A stretch of DNA of 64,000 nt from Octopus vulgaris (taxonomy: Eukaryota), in NCBI GenBank assembly GCA_951406725.2, contig OX597815.1:177320001-177384000 (forward strand), written 5' to 3'. Every line of letters starts with the position of its first letter. The stretch's first letter is position 1. The notes beneath the pieces are model-generated. The model did not search any database, was not told the origin of the DNA, and worked only from the letters and a program-made list of their open reading frames with translations. Below, piece after piece: positions 41,091 through 55,324 of this stretch. A program made the position numbers and the translations under genes.

Positions 41091-42929
41091 AAATGTGTGA
41101 CTAATTTGAGTATTGCATCCAATTATTAGCACATTTATTTCCATAATTATTTGTTGTGTCACTCAATGTAAGGAATCTTTTCCTGCGGAACTTTTACATT
41201 TGATTCTAGAAGAGAGAAAGAACCAGTGGTGTTGGAGAGGAAGGCATATTGAAGCAGATAAAGAATAATCGGCACAAGGAGGTCAATATTTATTGAAAGA
41301 ACATCATCGCAAATTAAAAGCATTTGACCTTTAATAAATTTGAGGAGAAAGAACGTTTGAAAAATTTTATATTTTCATCTTATGTGACAACTGATTTTTT
41401 AAAGGTTTTTGCATTTACATGCGTCTTCTTTACATATCGCATCTACACTGCAATGAGATAGAAATTTAAGATAAAGTAATGAGTGTCTGGGAACAATAAA
41501 TAGACAATTGGCTTCGTATAAGAAAATAAACAACAAACAAAGGGAAAAAAAATTGACAAGACAGTCAGTCACCGGCTGACACTCGCTGACGATACATCGA
41601 AGAGGCCAGGGAACAGAAGAAAGAAGAAGAAAGAAGACATGCACCCAACCCCAGAGCTGAATACACCTCCGAAAGGGGGTGGGGGCTCCACGTCAAAACG
41701 GTAGAGGAGAAGGGGCCGAAACCGGACGTGGTTCCTCCTGATGATGTATTGAGCTACCTAGATCCTATAAAGGAGTTGTTGTGGTATAAGACCACGAAAC
41801 ACGGTTGTAATTCCTCCTGTATAAAAAGTAGGCGGTGTCGTTGAGTGTTAGATTCCACGCTTGTCGAACAAACTAATCTCATTTACTTCAAGTCTAATGG
41901 GAATATGATAATTTTGTTACCTAAACTGAAGAGCTGCATCACGTATTTTAAGAATCTGTTACTTGCAGTTATTTTAATTATAATCAGATATATTTGTTGC
42001 AATGACAATTCACGGAGAAACGGATATTGACATGGCCAGCAGACCAGCTAGAATTAAAAAGAAATCAGCCTCAAATCACATCTTTATTTCTTAAAAAAAT
42101 GATTAATGAATTCCATCAATATATAAATGTAGTTTTAGTGAATACGTAACAACTTCATTATCTGATATCTACATTTAAAGGTAAACGTTTGAGCATAGGA
42201 CTATACAATCAAAGCTGGCATCACATTTCATTTGTAATGGTGGTAGTTCAGGTAGTAATGCAAAGGCGTTTGTGTTTCTCTTATAATTTTCTCAGGCTAA
42301 GCTATGAAACTAGAACATCCTTGTCATTTTAGATATTAGGAAGATTATGTCAAAATCAACACATCGAGATAAGTCTTAGGAATTTTCCCAATAGGAAAAG
42401 AAATGATTCGCTCTAGGAAAGATAAAAATAAAACTTATCTGCTGTTTCTACTTTCGTTTTACTTCCCTGTGTTTCGTACTCATTTATAAACTTTGACATT
42501 TTGTTCTGAATTATTTATATTGCATAATATAATATATTATAATGTTGTTTTCTTCTGTGAAAGATTTTGTGCACAATCTATCTAAATTATTAATGACGTC
42601 AGTGAGAGAGATGGAGTCAGAGAAGGGGAAAATAAAGAGAGAGACAGATAGAAAGAAACATGTAGATAATCAGATAAATAGATGGAGCAAGCTAAAGAGG
42701 AAACTGAGAAATAAAGAGAGTGAAGAAATTGGGGAGATAGAAAAAGAATGGCGACTGGAGGAGATCAATCAAAATTTTCCAACTTTGTTTATCACATTAA
42801 AAACTAAAAAGAAGTTAAGTATGTTGGTATACAAAAGTTTATTAACACATTAAGTCAACATGTTGGTACGTACAATTTCTTTTTGTTTGCGTGTGCGTAT
42901 GCGGGCACGTTTCAATTTGATGTTGTGCG

Positions 42930-43200
42930 TTATTTATGTCCATGTACTTTACTATATGAGCGTACGACTATGGCTGAATGTTGTATGCTATTTACATGCT
43001 TCGAAAGTATTCTCTTAATAGACGTGCAGGTAGAGAAGAAGGTGAGAAAAATTTTTACTGGATGGATTAAGGAAAGACTGGAAAAATTTCAGTGGCAGTT
43101 GAATGTTTGCTTCCAGCTGCCACCCCACAGTCAGAAGACAAAATTTAGAACGGTTAGATTCCTGCTTCTTACATTGTCTATTAGATGCCGCATCGTATGG
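42930..43200 (+). pseudogene. Decayed RTE-like LINE fragment
   Basis: TLLYERTT...EKKV...QLPPHSQ..KFRTVRF resembles LLYG.TTW...EKKLD...LPPISQ.I..RRLRF. Confidence 0.4.
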
Positions 43201-43755
43201 AATCGAATCGCCTCTCCAAAATATCTCCATGTATATGCTCCACAAGGAAAAGAAATAGTATTATTTAAAACGTCTTGTTAATTATAGATCTTAAATAAGT
43301 TTTGGAAGCATAAAAATTACATGCACGCCTGTGTATACAACTGCTTTGTAAATGTAACTAATCTTCCGAACGATTCCAAGTGAATCAAAATAAAATCTCT
43401 TGGACAGGAAACAATCAGAGACTGTACATGTATTCAACAGTTACCATATATGATATGCTTTACGGATTCAATAGAAATTCAGACGGGGAATGAGTGCAGA
43501 AATTTTTTAAAAATGAAGAAAAATATATAAGAATTTTCTAAAAGATTGCGTCAAAGATTTTTTTTTAAATAACGAAAAATTACTGTACGAAAAATAGGTT
43601 TATGAAACCTACTTTTCTTAATAGATTTATGAAAGAAGATATGCCAACTAAAATCTATCTACGTTCTAAAGAATGATAGGTTAAACATCTCCGTTGTATC
43701 TAAATGAATAAAGCATTTCGTAAAAGAATAATAGGATATCTAAAGTTAGCGAATA

Positions 43756-44190
43756 TGCGCAGGCATGGCAGGGTGGTAAGAGGTTTGTTTACCATTCGTC
43801 TGGTTTCAAACTGCGTGGAACCTTGGATAGCTATCTTCTACTATAACCTCAGGCCAACAGCTGTCATTTGAGTTCATTTGGAAGACGGAAACAGTAACAA
43901 GCCCTGTGTGTGTGTCTGTGTATGTATACACGAATACATAACTGGATTATACACGCACACAAACACACATATATATATATTCGTGTGTATGTCTTTGTGT
44001 GTGTATGTCTTTGTGTCTGTGCTTGACGTCCAACCGGTGCCTGACAACCGGTGTGGTTACTTAGCCGTAGCGTAGCAGTTCCTCAAAAGACAACGATAGA
44101 ATAATTACCAGGTTTAAGGAAAACGGTATTGGAATTGATTCTTCAAGGTGGCATCCCATAATGGCGGCAGTCTAATGACTGAAGCAGGGG
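43756..44190 (+). mobile_element. Decayed SINE family B
   Basis: gcgcaggcatggcagggtggtaag...ccttggatag..cttctactataacctc...gacggaaac...ggcggcagtctaatgactgaa. Confidence 0.7.
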
Positions 44191-44732
44191 AAACACATAA
44201 TTAAATGAAATAGAATGAGGTAAAATAACGTGAAATAACGTACGGAAATAATCTGTCGAGAAGCAATTCAAAGCTCTACATTTAGCGTTAACGAGTATTA
44301 TCATTATAGCACTAGATTACGAGGCAAGACTTTAATTACCATTAAAGATATAAGAAGGATCAATGGTACATATATGAATATCATATAACTGGTTTCTATG
44401 AAATATTAATATTTAATTAGTTGATATATTAAAGAGTAAAGCTATCCCAGAATTGAAACTTATATATAACACTATTCCCTAAATGAGGTAATGCTAAACT
44501 GCCGACTGAATATTCCCAGTCAGATTGGGATTAGATCAGTTCAGGTAGAAGAAGGTAGAAATCCGGACATAATGATCATAGAGGATATGGCAGTCACAGA
44601 AGACATAACTAAGGTTTCCGGTAATGGAACTATTAATCATGCATTTAGATGAAGTTATTAAATTAAGTTTTAGTAATTTTACTGGAAGGACATGTGGTAC
44701 ATATGCGGACAATTTATCAATACGTCATCTCG

Positions 44733-44805
<73 letters not shown>

Positions 44806-47764
44806 AAGCGATGACACGTAAAAGAAATCAAATCTTACGAAATTATCTTTATTGGCATAAAACTCTTTCTGCCATAAGTTGTCGTTTACTCTTAGTTGAG
44901 TACAGGGTACCATTCTTTAGCTTAATCAGACCCTTGAATATGAAGTTCACTTTATCTGGGAAATATATATTAAGAATATGCAGGCTTTATATCTATTTGT
45001 CTGGTTATGTGCTTAAATATACCTGGATTCACCTGTCGTATCTCCTGAATTTATGTTATATGCGTACACACACAGTTATTGTGTGCTTACAACCCACCCT
45101 GAATATTTTCAAGAGAGAGATCCGATAAACAACCAGGTGCTAAGGCACGTCCAATGTACTTTATATAAATTTGTACTTTTGATGTTTTTATGTTGAAAAA
45201 TTTCTTTAAGAATCAGCCATGGGTAACTCCTAGAAATTATATTATGAATTGGAGGTCGTTCTTATGAACACGTGGCCACTGTGCTCTAAAGAACGGCTGC
45301 TTTTTTTTCAGTCATTGAAAGGAACCAATTGATGTTGAGCCTCGGGAAGTATAAGTCCATCCAATTATTATCTGGCATGAAGAGTGTGTATATTTAACCT
45401 TAAAAAAAGGTAGATTCATAATAAATGATTGAAAAAATATGTATGGGCCAGTCAGCCTGATATCTATTATCGAGCCATAATATACTTAACGATGTAAGAT
45501 TAAAAGATGTGAAAAAAGCAAAAAAAAACTCATAGAAAGGATTTGACCATTTCGCTTGATGTATTCTAAATATAGGCTTCATAAATTTGATGGTCACACT
45601 CTATTAGCCTCTATATCTTCCAATGCACATGAATCTTTTGAATCAAATATTTTATTATTTTCCCGTGATTAATCACATTTGAACTTCAATAGTATTTTTT
45701 TACTGAGATATATCGCTTTTTTTTATTTATGTTTTTAGTTGCAACAACAATCTCGCGTTTGTAAAAGAATTTAATATTTGAGACTGAATGGTTTCAAATT
45801 ATATAAAAGATCAATATATATCTGAAATGTAGATTAATGATAAGATAAAGATTGTAGAAATGATCGTTATACTTCAAGAGTGATCAATAACAATTTTCCT
45901 TAAGTACTATCAATAACAATCAATTTGATTTGTGGGGAAGTCTGATCTTCTCACGAAGTACACGGATGTGCAGTGTCTGAAACAGAACACGCAATATATG
46001 ATCGTATTCACATACATTTTTAGCATTTAAATTACATTGATTTCCGCGGATAAATATCAAAGATGGCCTTGACAATATTTACATGAATATTAAATATTCA
46101 GTGATGATGCAAAATGAAACATATTTCAATGGTAATTCCGTTTGAAATATTGCTAAACGATTATTGTAATTACTTGTCATATGAGAGGAGAATTTCAACT
46201 TCAGTAGGAAAGGTTGACAATTACGAAGGTGTAATAAAAAAAATTAATTATCCAGACATTTGCATTAATATGAAATTACTATATATATAATGATACCCTA
46301 GGTAGCATCCGTAAATTTTAAATGAGAGTCACCTTCACAAATGCCATTAAATAAATTTACATTTTTAGAAAAAATAAACAAGGCTATAATCTGCGGCACA
46401 TGTTTAAAGAATGGCATGAAGAATCTACAGAATGGAAAGGTGGGAATCTGTTTTATCGATTTGATCAAAATCACTCCCCGATAATCTATGGTTAAATCGA
46501 TCAGTGCATAAATTGTATAATGCATAAGCAACAGGAAGCTGCTAATAAAAATCTGAAAAATAAATAACCGGAAGTACTTCCAGCCGTATACAATCGTTAA
46601 TAATACTCGCTTGTTTTTTTTCTTATGCTATACGGCGGTCAAGCAAGCCTAGTCTAACATATTCTTTCGTTATAATGACTAAATTTTGATGCGTAGAAAC
46701 TGACTCAACAAAGATGAGAGAATATATTACTAATACAGAAATGAAATCATATAAATCAATCGCAATGTGCATACACGGTTTGAAGTAAACGTAACAAACC
46801 TCGGTCAATGGTGTAGGTTATCGTAGCTGTCATATATAGTGAAAAGAGGGAAGAATTTGACATTTATTTGCAGAGAGGAAAAAATAAAGAAGCACGGAGT
46901 TTATCCAACTGAAGAATAGTTCATCAATATATTTACATCAATGTGTTTAACTGTAATTGTGACAAGGGTATAAGATAACGATGTCACTGGTATTAATATT
47001 CTCAAAACATTTATTGGTTCAAAATGCAATGATCTTCAATATTTTCCACATTAGCAAAACAAAATCAGTTAAAAAGAAGTAATTCACAATAGGGGCTCCG
47101 CACAGGAAAAAGAAAATAGAAGCTACGTATTTTATGGCAGTATCTTTCACAATTTACCTTCGTAGCATCATAGGAAAGAATACACAATCATATTTCAAAT
47201 ATTATTGTTTGTTTGTGCATAGAATGTACAGCAGTAGGAAACACGGGGAAAAAGAAAAATAATGAAAAAATGGATAAATGGCGTAAGTACTCTCACTGTG
47301 CGCTGTACCATTATATGGAAACTCTTTTCAAGGCAAATAAACTGCGATGTTGGAAATTACATGATTTAGCCAATAGGAACAGCATGAGATGCACTAATGT
47401 TACGAACTAGAGAGACGTTTCAAAATCGTGCCAACTATGAGAAATGGAATGCTGATTAATTTCTGGCAAAAAGTGAATACTGCATCTCCACTTTATTTAA
47501 GTGTCGCTTCGATTAAACTAAAATACTATGATGTGTAAAGTATGAATACTGTTGTAGCTGTAGGGCACATGTTAGACATCGCTAGAGACTGTCAGCTTTT
47601 TATTGGTTATAAGTGCTAATATTAGCCATACACAAACAATTGCATGCACTGCAATCTCACCATCAAGGTGTTTCTATTAAGAATTGTTCTTTTGTTTTGC
47701 TTCCAATCGATACGCCAGCAGATTTAAACGTTTATCTATTAAAAGTGTAGGTATGTATATATAT

Positions 47765-47821
<57 letters not shown>

Positions 47822-47932
47822 TATACACACACACACACACATAGATATATATGTGTGTCTGCGCGCATACGAATGTATGGAAGGTTTTGTTTACCTGTAT
47901 CCATGCAAGTCTAAATATGAACACATGCATGC

Positions 47933-47976
<44 letters not shown>

Positions 47977-48178
47977 ATTTATATGTATATATATATATGT
48001 GTATATATATATATGTGTGTGTGTATTTATGTATATATGTATATATATATAGATCGATAGATAAATGCATTTGTATATATATTTATGTATATATATATGC
48101 ATACGTATATATATACATACATACATACATGCACCCATACATAAGTACATGTATGCATACACACATGTATATATATGC

Positions 48179-48223
<45 letters not shown>

Positions 48224-49007
48224 ACATACACACACGCGCTTGCATGAACGCACACACACAGAGACTCACACACAGATGTACACAATGTCTCACAGTCACA
48301 CACACACAGACACACACATACATAAAGAAAGAACGAGAATGAGAAACACAGCAGAAACACAGATACCGATAAACATAGGTGTCGAGATATATCCGACTTA
48401 ACTTGCAATTATTAATGACGCTGCGCTTAATATATAAAGGAAATGTTGTTAGCTTGTAATACGGGAACTTAGAATTAATTGTTACCATTAAAGTCACTTA
48501 CGAAGTGAATTTAGCGATGAACATTTTAACAGAAGCTGCAAATCACTCAAAACATACTTGCTGTGAGGCATAATGTCTATGCTGTTAATGTCAAAACCCA
48601 TTTTCCTAAATGCATGCAAAAATATATAGTGTGTCACATGATTTAAAACAATATAGACAAAGGAATAAAATCAGCGAATAATTATTTAGTCTTGAGAGTA
48701 AATATTGTATTATAAAAATCAGTTGTTTTTGGTTTATTTGAAATGAGCTCATTAGTCGCCGAATTTATGTAGTTGCGTTTACATTGAGTTACCATAAATT
48801 TTATTTTGCCCGCATTAAAATTACAGCTTCCAATTTATTTTAAATATTTACGCCCATACAATTTGTTGTTGTTTGAAAACCTGTAAATTATATACCAGAA
48901 AAAAACCCAAACAAACAAACATATACATCAAAATACAAATTAATGCATTTTGTGTATGAGCGTGACTATAAGAGCGGCTGTGTTTAAGGATCTCTCTCTC
49001 TCTTCGC

Positions 49008-49057
<50 letters not shown>

Positions 49058-49071
49058 TATGTATCTCTATC

Positions 49072-49115
<44 letters not shown>

Positions 49116-49144
49116 TATATATATGCATGCATATGTATACACAC

Positions 49145-49227
<83 letters not shown>

Positions 49228-49779
49228 TATATGCATGCATATATATATATATACGTATAATTCATTATAGACCAATGATAGCCGATCTTGACAATCAGTA
49301 TCGTAAGGATATTACTTGATCAGAAGATTATCTAAGAACTGCGCCCGACGGAAATGGCAGTTATGGAAAATTGGCAGCTGCTCTCCGTTACTGGAAAAAA
49401 ACGTTGCATCAAGTTTTGTAGGTTTTGTGAAGAAAATGAAATCAAGTGACGAGAGGAGGGAATTCATTTAAGGATCTATCCATGTTACTTGCATTGCACT
49501 CCCTGCCCGATTGAAAAAGCTCTGCGCGTTGTGATTGTCATGAATATGTTCTGAGGTAGATATACGTATAGACTCTTTTAATGGAGGGGTTGATAATATG
49601 TGTGTAGGCGGTTAGGCATGTATAGTCGTCTAAAGAAAGCGCCACGGATTACAACATAACTAAGATAAATTAGATAGGTTTCAGGCCATTATATACAAAG
49701 GCCATGTCAAATTTAATAGCACCACCTGGTGAAGACTTTTAGATCGTGATTCACACCTCAGTCATATATAGGACACTAT

Positions 49780-50980
49780 GGCCCAGTCTAGCAAAGAGTT
49801 ATTATTGTTGGAGACCTATCCGGGTGTAAGAGGTTGGTCCGGGATTGTTTTGAGAAATTTGTCCAGAGAACTTTTGAATGCTATGGGATCTGTTTCCGTT
49901 TTGATGTATTTTGGTAAAATATTAAAGAGAACTGGGCCGGTTGAGGGAAAGTAGTCGTGTTGTAATGTTTGTTATGTGTCTTGAGTTCGATTTTTGTAGA
50001 AGGCGCACAGCACGGGGGCGAAATCTTGGGTGGATTTTAAAATTAAAATTGATACCACATCATTTGTGCCATACTGATGGAATATTTTCCACATCACACA
50101 GCACTCAGCAAGAGTAAAGATTGAGTAAAGATTTGAGAGAGTAAAGATTGAATATTTTGATCGACCCCAGGAGAGTAAAGAGTGGAGAGAGTAAAGATTG
50201 AGTTTTTTAAATCGACCCCAGTAGTCAGTTCCTGTCTTGCCGTCTATCATTTTTGTTATAGACCTCCGGAGTGCTTCGTGCGGGTAGGCCACAGTGGGCA
50301 ACAGTATTCAAGGTGGGGTCAGGTCAAATAGAGTAGCGAAGTATAATGGTGAAGACCCGGAGAAGATCATGCTTTACTTTAACAGTGGCGATATGCACAT
50401 ATTCTGCTTAGTCGAGAAAAGAATTATATGTGGAATATCTCTGCATCCGGACACCTACATAAAAAAAAAAATTATCGCTGATGACGATTCTGTTAAAAAT
50501 CTTAGTTTCGCTCCACGAACAGCCTGGTATCAGATGAGCAAACTGGCTATGATAGATGAGTGCTGGAGATCGTCATCTGTCGCTTAAGTAGTGGCACTCA
50601 TGCATCGAGATTTTGGACCTTATCGATAGAGTGAATTTGTTGGGCAACGGTAACATGAAAGTACCTCATGCGCTAAGCAAATTCCCGAGTGCAATGACGC
50701 AGATCTTCGTAGATGAGTGCCTTCGATCAATCGTTTATGTAGATCATCCGGATCTATATGCATGTGTAGATCATCCGGGACTACATGCACGTTTTTGTAG
50801 ATCATCCGGACTATATGAAGCGTGAAAAACATGTTTTTGCAGTTGTTGCTGTAACAGCGTTTTTTTCCTAAAAGGTAAAAATGTCCCGAGAGATTTTGGC
50901 AGCTTTGGAACCTTGATGAATACCAAAGAAGGTACCGAAAATACGCAGACTTTCTACTGGTCACACCCTTCTCTAGAAAA
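49780..50980 (-). pseudogene. Decayed CR1-like LINE (RT C-terminal region)
   Basis: EALRRSITKMIDG...DYWGRFKKLNLYSL and GPVLFNILPKYIK...FKSSLDKFLKTIPDQP on the minus strand, with many frameshifts. Confidence 0.75.
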
Positions 50981-52239
50981 GAAAAGGTAAAAATTTATTC
51001 AAAATTCAAAACCGATAAATAAAAGTTCTGGAGGAAGATTAAAGATACAGAAACCATTTAAAATTGCAATAAAAGGATTTTTCCTTTTGAATTAAAATAA
51101 CAGAAGCGAACGAATTTATCTGACAATCCAACATATCTGACTGTCTTATTTCGCGTACCCATTGCATACGTAACTAAATTCAGGAGTCACATAATATGTG
51201 TGTATGTAAGTAATGTTTGTGTGTGTTTGGTGTGTGCGTGTGTGTGTAACTCTGTGCGTACGTGTGCAGTGAGTTGATAACTGCACCAACATGTCTGTGT
51301 CTTCTTCAGACTCCGGACTTGCTGTTTATCCTGCTGCTGACCACTCTGTCGAGATAAGTGGAGCGGTTAACAGCTTCGACATTCCACACATAACACAGAC
51401 AGGCGAAATGTAATCCCTTGGGAAGCCAAGGAAGGATTCGATGTTTGTCTCGACCTAAGAATCAATTGGCTCCCGTTCCGCACTCATAATAATGAAACTA
51501 GACTGAACAGCACAGAACAAAGTTATGAAATAATAGAAAAATTAAATAACTAATGTACATATGGTGATAATAAACAGGTACTCAAAATATATGAACAAGA
51601 ATAGAGTAACCTGTTTACATACGATAATATTGGAAGGGCATGTGGATTTTTTAAGGTGAGCTCAATTGCTTTGTAATATTTCATTTTGTTAGTCCAAGGA
51701 GATCGTTAGTGCTTTGGATTTAATATATTTTACAAGATTAAAATTAAATTAAAATTAAGTCTATCGTAATATAAAAATCAATGATTTTTTTTTTGTGTCT
51801 AGTAATAAATTCCCATGGAGTAAAGCTGTCTTCAGATTTTTGCGTCTCTGTCGAGCAAGGAGAAACTATCCCAGTAAATTCCTCCGTTTCAAACCTAACA
51901 TTTTCATAACTAATACGCAGAAATGGCATCTAAGATTTGACATACAGTAAAGGAGTGTGACTCTCGTATTGTCGTGATTTCGATGTATGGATATACGTCG
52001 TGTCCTTGACCAACAAACTTTATTTGACATTGTTCTCGTCCACCCAGCTGGCATAAATGGTTCGTACATGGAATTCAAATGCCAACCATGCCATTTCCTG
52101 TATGGCGGTGAAATTAATGTCTAAGCCACTGAACCTAACGCCCTCAAATGAGTATCTAATAGCAGCACTGCCTCCTATATATCAAAATATCAAAATATAT
52201 GAATGTGTGTATGTATAAACTTAACCATATATGTACGAA

Positions 52240-52375
52240 TGTAAGAAGCTTGCTTCCGAACCACATGGTTCAGTCCCACTGCGCAACACCTTGGACAATT
52301 GTCATCTACTACACCCTCGGACTGACCAAAGCCTTGTGAATGGATGTGGCATACGGAAACTGAAAGAAGCCGGTC

Positions 52376-52420
<45 letters not shown>

Positions 52421-52628
52421 TATGCGTGTGCGTGTATTTGTGTGTCTGTGTTTGTCCACCTACCATTGCTCGGCAACCGATGGTGGTGTGTTTACGTCCC
52501 AGTAACTTTAGCGGTTCGACAAAAGAGACTGATAGAATAAGTACTGGGTCGATTTGTTCTACTAAAGGCGTTACTCCTGAATGACAGCAGTCACATGACT
52601 GAAACAAGTAAAAGAATAAGAGAATAAA
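52240..52628 (+). mobile_element. SINE family B
   Basis: gtaagaagcttgcttccgaaccacatggttcagtcccactgcg...gactgaaacaagtaaaagaataagag. Confidence 0.85.
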
Positions 52629-52732
52629 CGAGTGTGTGTATATATGTAGATAATATACGTATATGCATAAGTATATATATATATATTTATACACACACGC
52701 ACACGCACACACACACACACACGCACGCACAC

Positions 52733-52798
<66 letters not shown>

Positions 52799-53528
52799 GC
52801 ACATATACTTCTGAATGGGTTGAATATACATATGCGTGGTGCCTGTGTGTATTTTTAATATTAGGATTGAATACTTCTCCATAAAATGAAAATATCTTCA
52901 AACCTTGTTATATGTATATATATATAAAAAGCTGCTTTGATTAATGTACATGATAAAAGCGTTCATTTATATTCCCCTCCCCCGTGTTATTGAGCTGATA
53001 AATTGAAATCCAGTATATTTTAATCATTTTATCTTAAGTGTTGTCTTAAGAACACTCTTCACCACCTGTGTTATTCCCACACTAGATTTAATCAAACAAA
53101 CTCTGTCTAACACTTCTCAATCTGTCATAATGATCAAAATTTTTTAACATCTTTATCGTAAAATCCTTTTTAATGAGCTATAGCTTCTTCTTTCCCTTGT
53201 AAATGTATAAAGGATTTAGTGAAAGCGATTCGTTGTAAGGCATATCCTGTTGTTCGTAGAAGTACAATTATATTCTTATGTCTACCATTTGCCTATATTA
53301 AAAACTCCATTCAGTAAATTTGTTTTAACACTGTTTATGATTTTCCTTGACATGTAATTATTTGTAATTCAAACAAGAATACTCATTAAATATGTGACTT
53401 TTTCTCAAGGCAGCGTATGCAGCATGACATGACGTGTTTACAAAATAGCTTGTCATAGTTTGAATGCATAATTTATAGGGTACACGCTAAAATATTACAC
53501 TAGAATCTTTTTTATTTTCTGTGAGGTA

Positions 53529-53871
53529 GGCTAACCAATAAGGGTAGGTGTTACTGTAGCTTGTAGCCCCAGGAGAACATCGTCTCCAGCTGGCTTTAGG
53601 CACACTTTCTGTGCCCTTATGGTATTTGCAAAGGGAGGTCACCCTTCCCTCGTCAACTTAAGTGATACGCACGGACTGCAGTTTCTAGGTTTTGACCTGT
53701 CATCAGCGTACGACAATCACCAGTTTTCGATGAAAAGGTGTTCCAATGCAAATCCTTATATCGTTTTTCCAGTAACTTTTCGTCACTGATCTCGAAAAAC
53801 TGTATGCAAGCAATAATAAATCTCTGAACGAGGCTACAAGCTACAGTAACACCTACCCTTAGTGGTTAGCC
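53529..53871. mobile_element. 343-bp MITE-like element with 40-bp TIRs
   Basis: The left TIR ggctaaccaataagggtaggtgttactgtagcttgtagcc (53529-53568) matches the reverse complement of 53832-53871 at 39/40 positions. There is no coding capacity and no perfect TSD (gta|...|ata). Confidence 0.88.
53668..53712 (-). ncRNA. Minimal type I hammerhead ribozyme motif
   Basis: Minus strand CGTACG-CTGATGA-C-AGGT-caaa-ACCT-A-GAAA-CTGCAG-TC-CGTGCG: 6-bp stem I, complete core, 4-bp stem II, palindromic stem III, GUC cleavage triplet. Confidence 0.78.
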
Positions 53872-55265
53872 ATATTAACATGGCAAGTATACCTCACATT
53901 GTTGTGCAGTTACTGTTTATACCTCGTTCAAAGATTTATTATTGCTTTTTATTTTCTGTTTTTGTTAATCTACTCTCACTACAATTATTGTGCTTGTGAT
54001 ATATATTATGTATTTCGCCCAGTGCCACTGTCTTCCTTACTGCATTTGTCCGATTTCCCTCATTTATCAAACGTAACTCATTCTCGCTGCATTTATCGGG
54101 TTATGCGTATTCTACGTTGACTTCATCTGGTCTGTATTTGACACCGTTAGCAGAACAGGATGTTTAAACAAAATGAAATTTTAATTGCGATATTTTAGTT
54201 AGTGAAGACACCATATTGTAAACTAATAACATATGTAACATTCATAAAGAAACAAGAGATAGGTATGTGTTAATACGTTTAATGCACGTAAATAACGAAA
54301 AGCTAACTTATGCGGCGATAAAACATGCAATATTTCCCAATAACTATCATTAATTATTATTTCTAGCATGGGGAGGAATCGCTGTTGTGCAAGACTTGAA
54401 AAAGGATAATGGCAAAATGTAGTTTTAACTAATATAATTCTATCTCCTGGTGATTTTTAATTTAATTTATATCTTAGTTCGCCTATGAGGAATATATTAT
54501 ATATTTGTTTCCTCTTTTCGATAGTGCAGTGTTTCATGGAACAGCTTGAATAGCATAGCAGCGACGACAACATCAGCAGCAGCAGTAGTAGTTGTAGTAG
54601 CAGCAGCAGTAGCAAAAGTAGTAGTAGTATTAGCAGCAGCAGCTCTCACGATTGTTTACGCTTAACTCTCTATGAGCTCTCAATGACCAGACATCTGATC
54701 TAAAGTATTGCAGCTATGCCCAGTCTGTCAATTTACATGAACATCTCTAGCTGAAGCACAAATACGTTCTGTTCGTTTGCACAATGGCGTGTGAATTTAG
54801 GGAGATTTGTGCACCATTTTTATCACTTCGACCGACCACCGAAAGGCTCCCTCGCTGCAGTGTTAACATAGCTATTGGATTATATGTAGATTGGAGTTTC
54901 AAATATAAACCAATTTTTTTTTTTACTTATACAGCAATGCGCGTATAATGAATATTTACAGACAGATTATGTATGAATTATATATATATACAGATAAATA
55001 GACAGACTGTAAAAAAGTTTGCTTCCCAACCACATGGTTTCAAGGTCAATCCCACCTCATGGTACGAGTATCCTCATGGTCGGATATATATATATATGCT
55101 TCTGTATATATGTGAATATAAATATAAATAGGGGTATCTGAGAGACACCACCATGACGAAATAGAAGTCAAAACCCTGACCCTAAAAACCACGTAAAATA
55201 TTCATATCGCACCATGAGATAAGACAGAGAGACAAAATAAACTAGCGAAAAGATATTACTGGATA

Positions 55266-55324
55266 ATTCAAGATCCTGGATTTCTAGCTTTGCTTCAAAT
55301 AAGCTCTGCTTTCATCAGTTGAAT
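55266..55324 (-). ncRNA. Hammerhead ribozyme motif (copy 1)
   Basis: Minus strand ATTCAA-CTGATGA-aAGCagaGCTTatttgAAGCaaaGCTa-GAAA-TCCAGGA-TC-TTGAAT. Confidence 0.7.

Noticed and set aside
41700-41820. HHR-like pieces (ctgatga at 41738; gtggt-ataag-accac-GAAA-ca..tg-TA at 41781-41809)
   Set aside because: The CUGANGA box is not adjacent to the stems, so no complete ribozyme can be built. At most it is a fossil.
46565-46582. ETS-like CCGGAAGT motif
   Set aside because: A single short motif with no supporting promoter or exon evidence.
51270-51480. Apparently highly base-paired segment with RNase P/MRP-like words (gggaagccaa...agaatcaattggctccc)
   Set aside because: The spacing is too short for RNase P/MRP. 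The minus-strand translation NVEAVNRSTYLDRVVSS...RR fits a decayed RTE RT (VE.V..FTYLGS) better.
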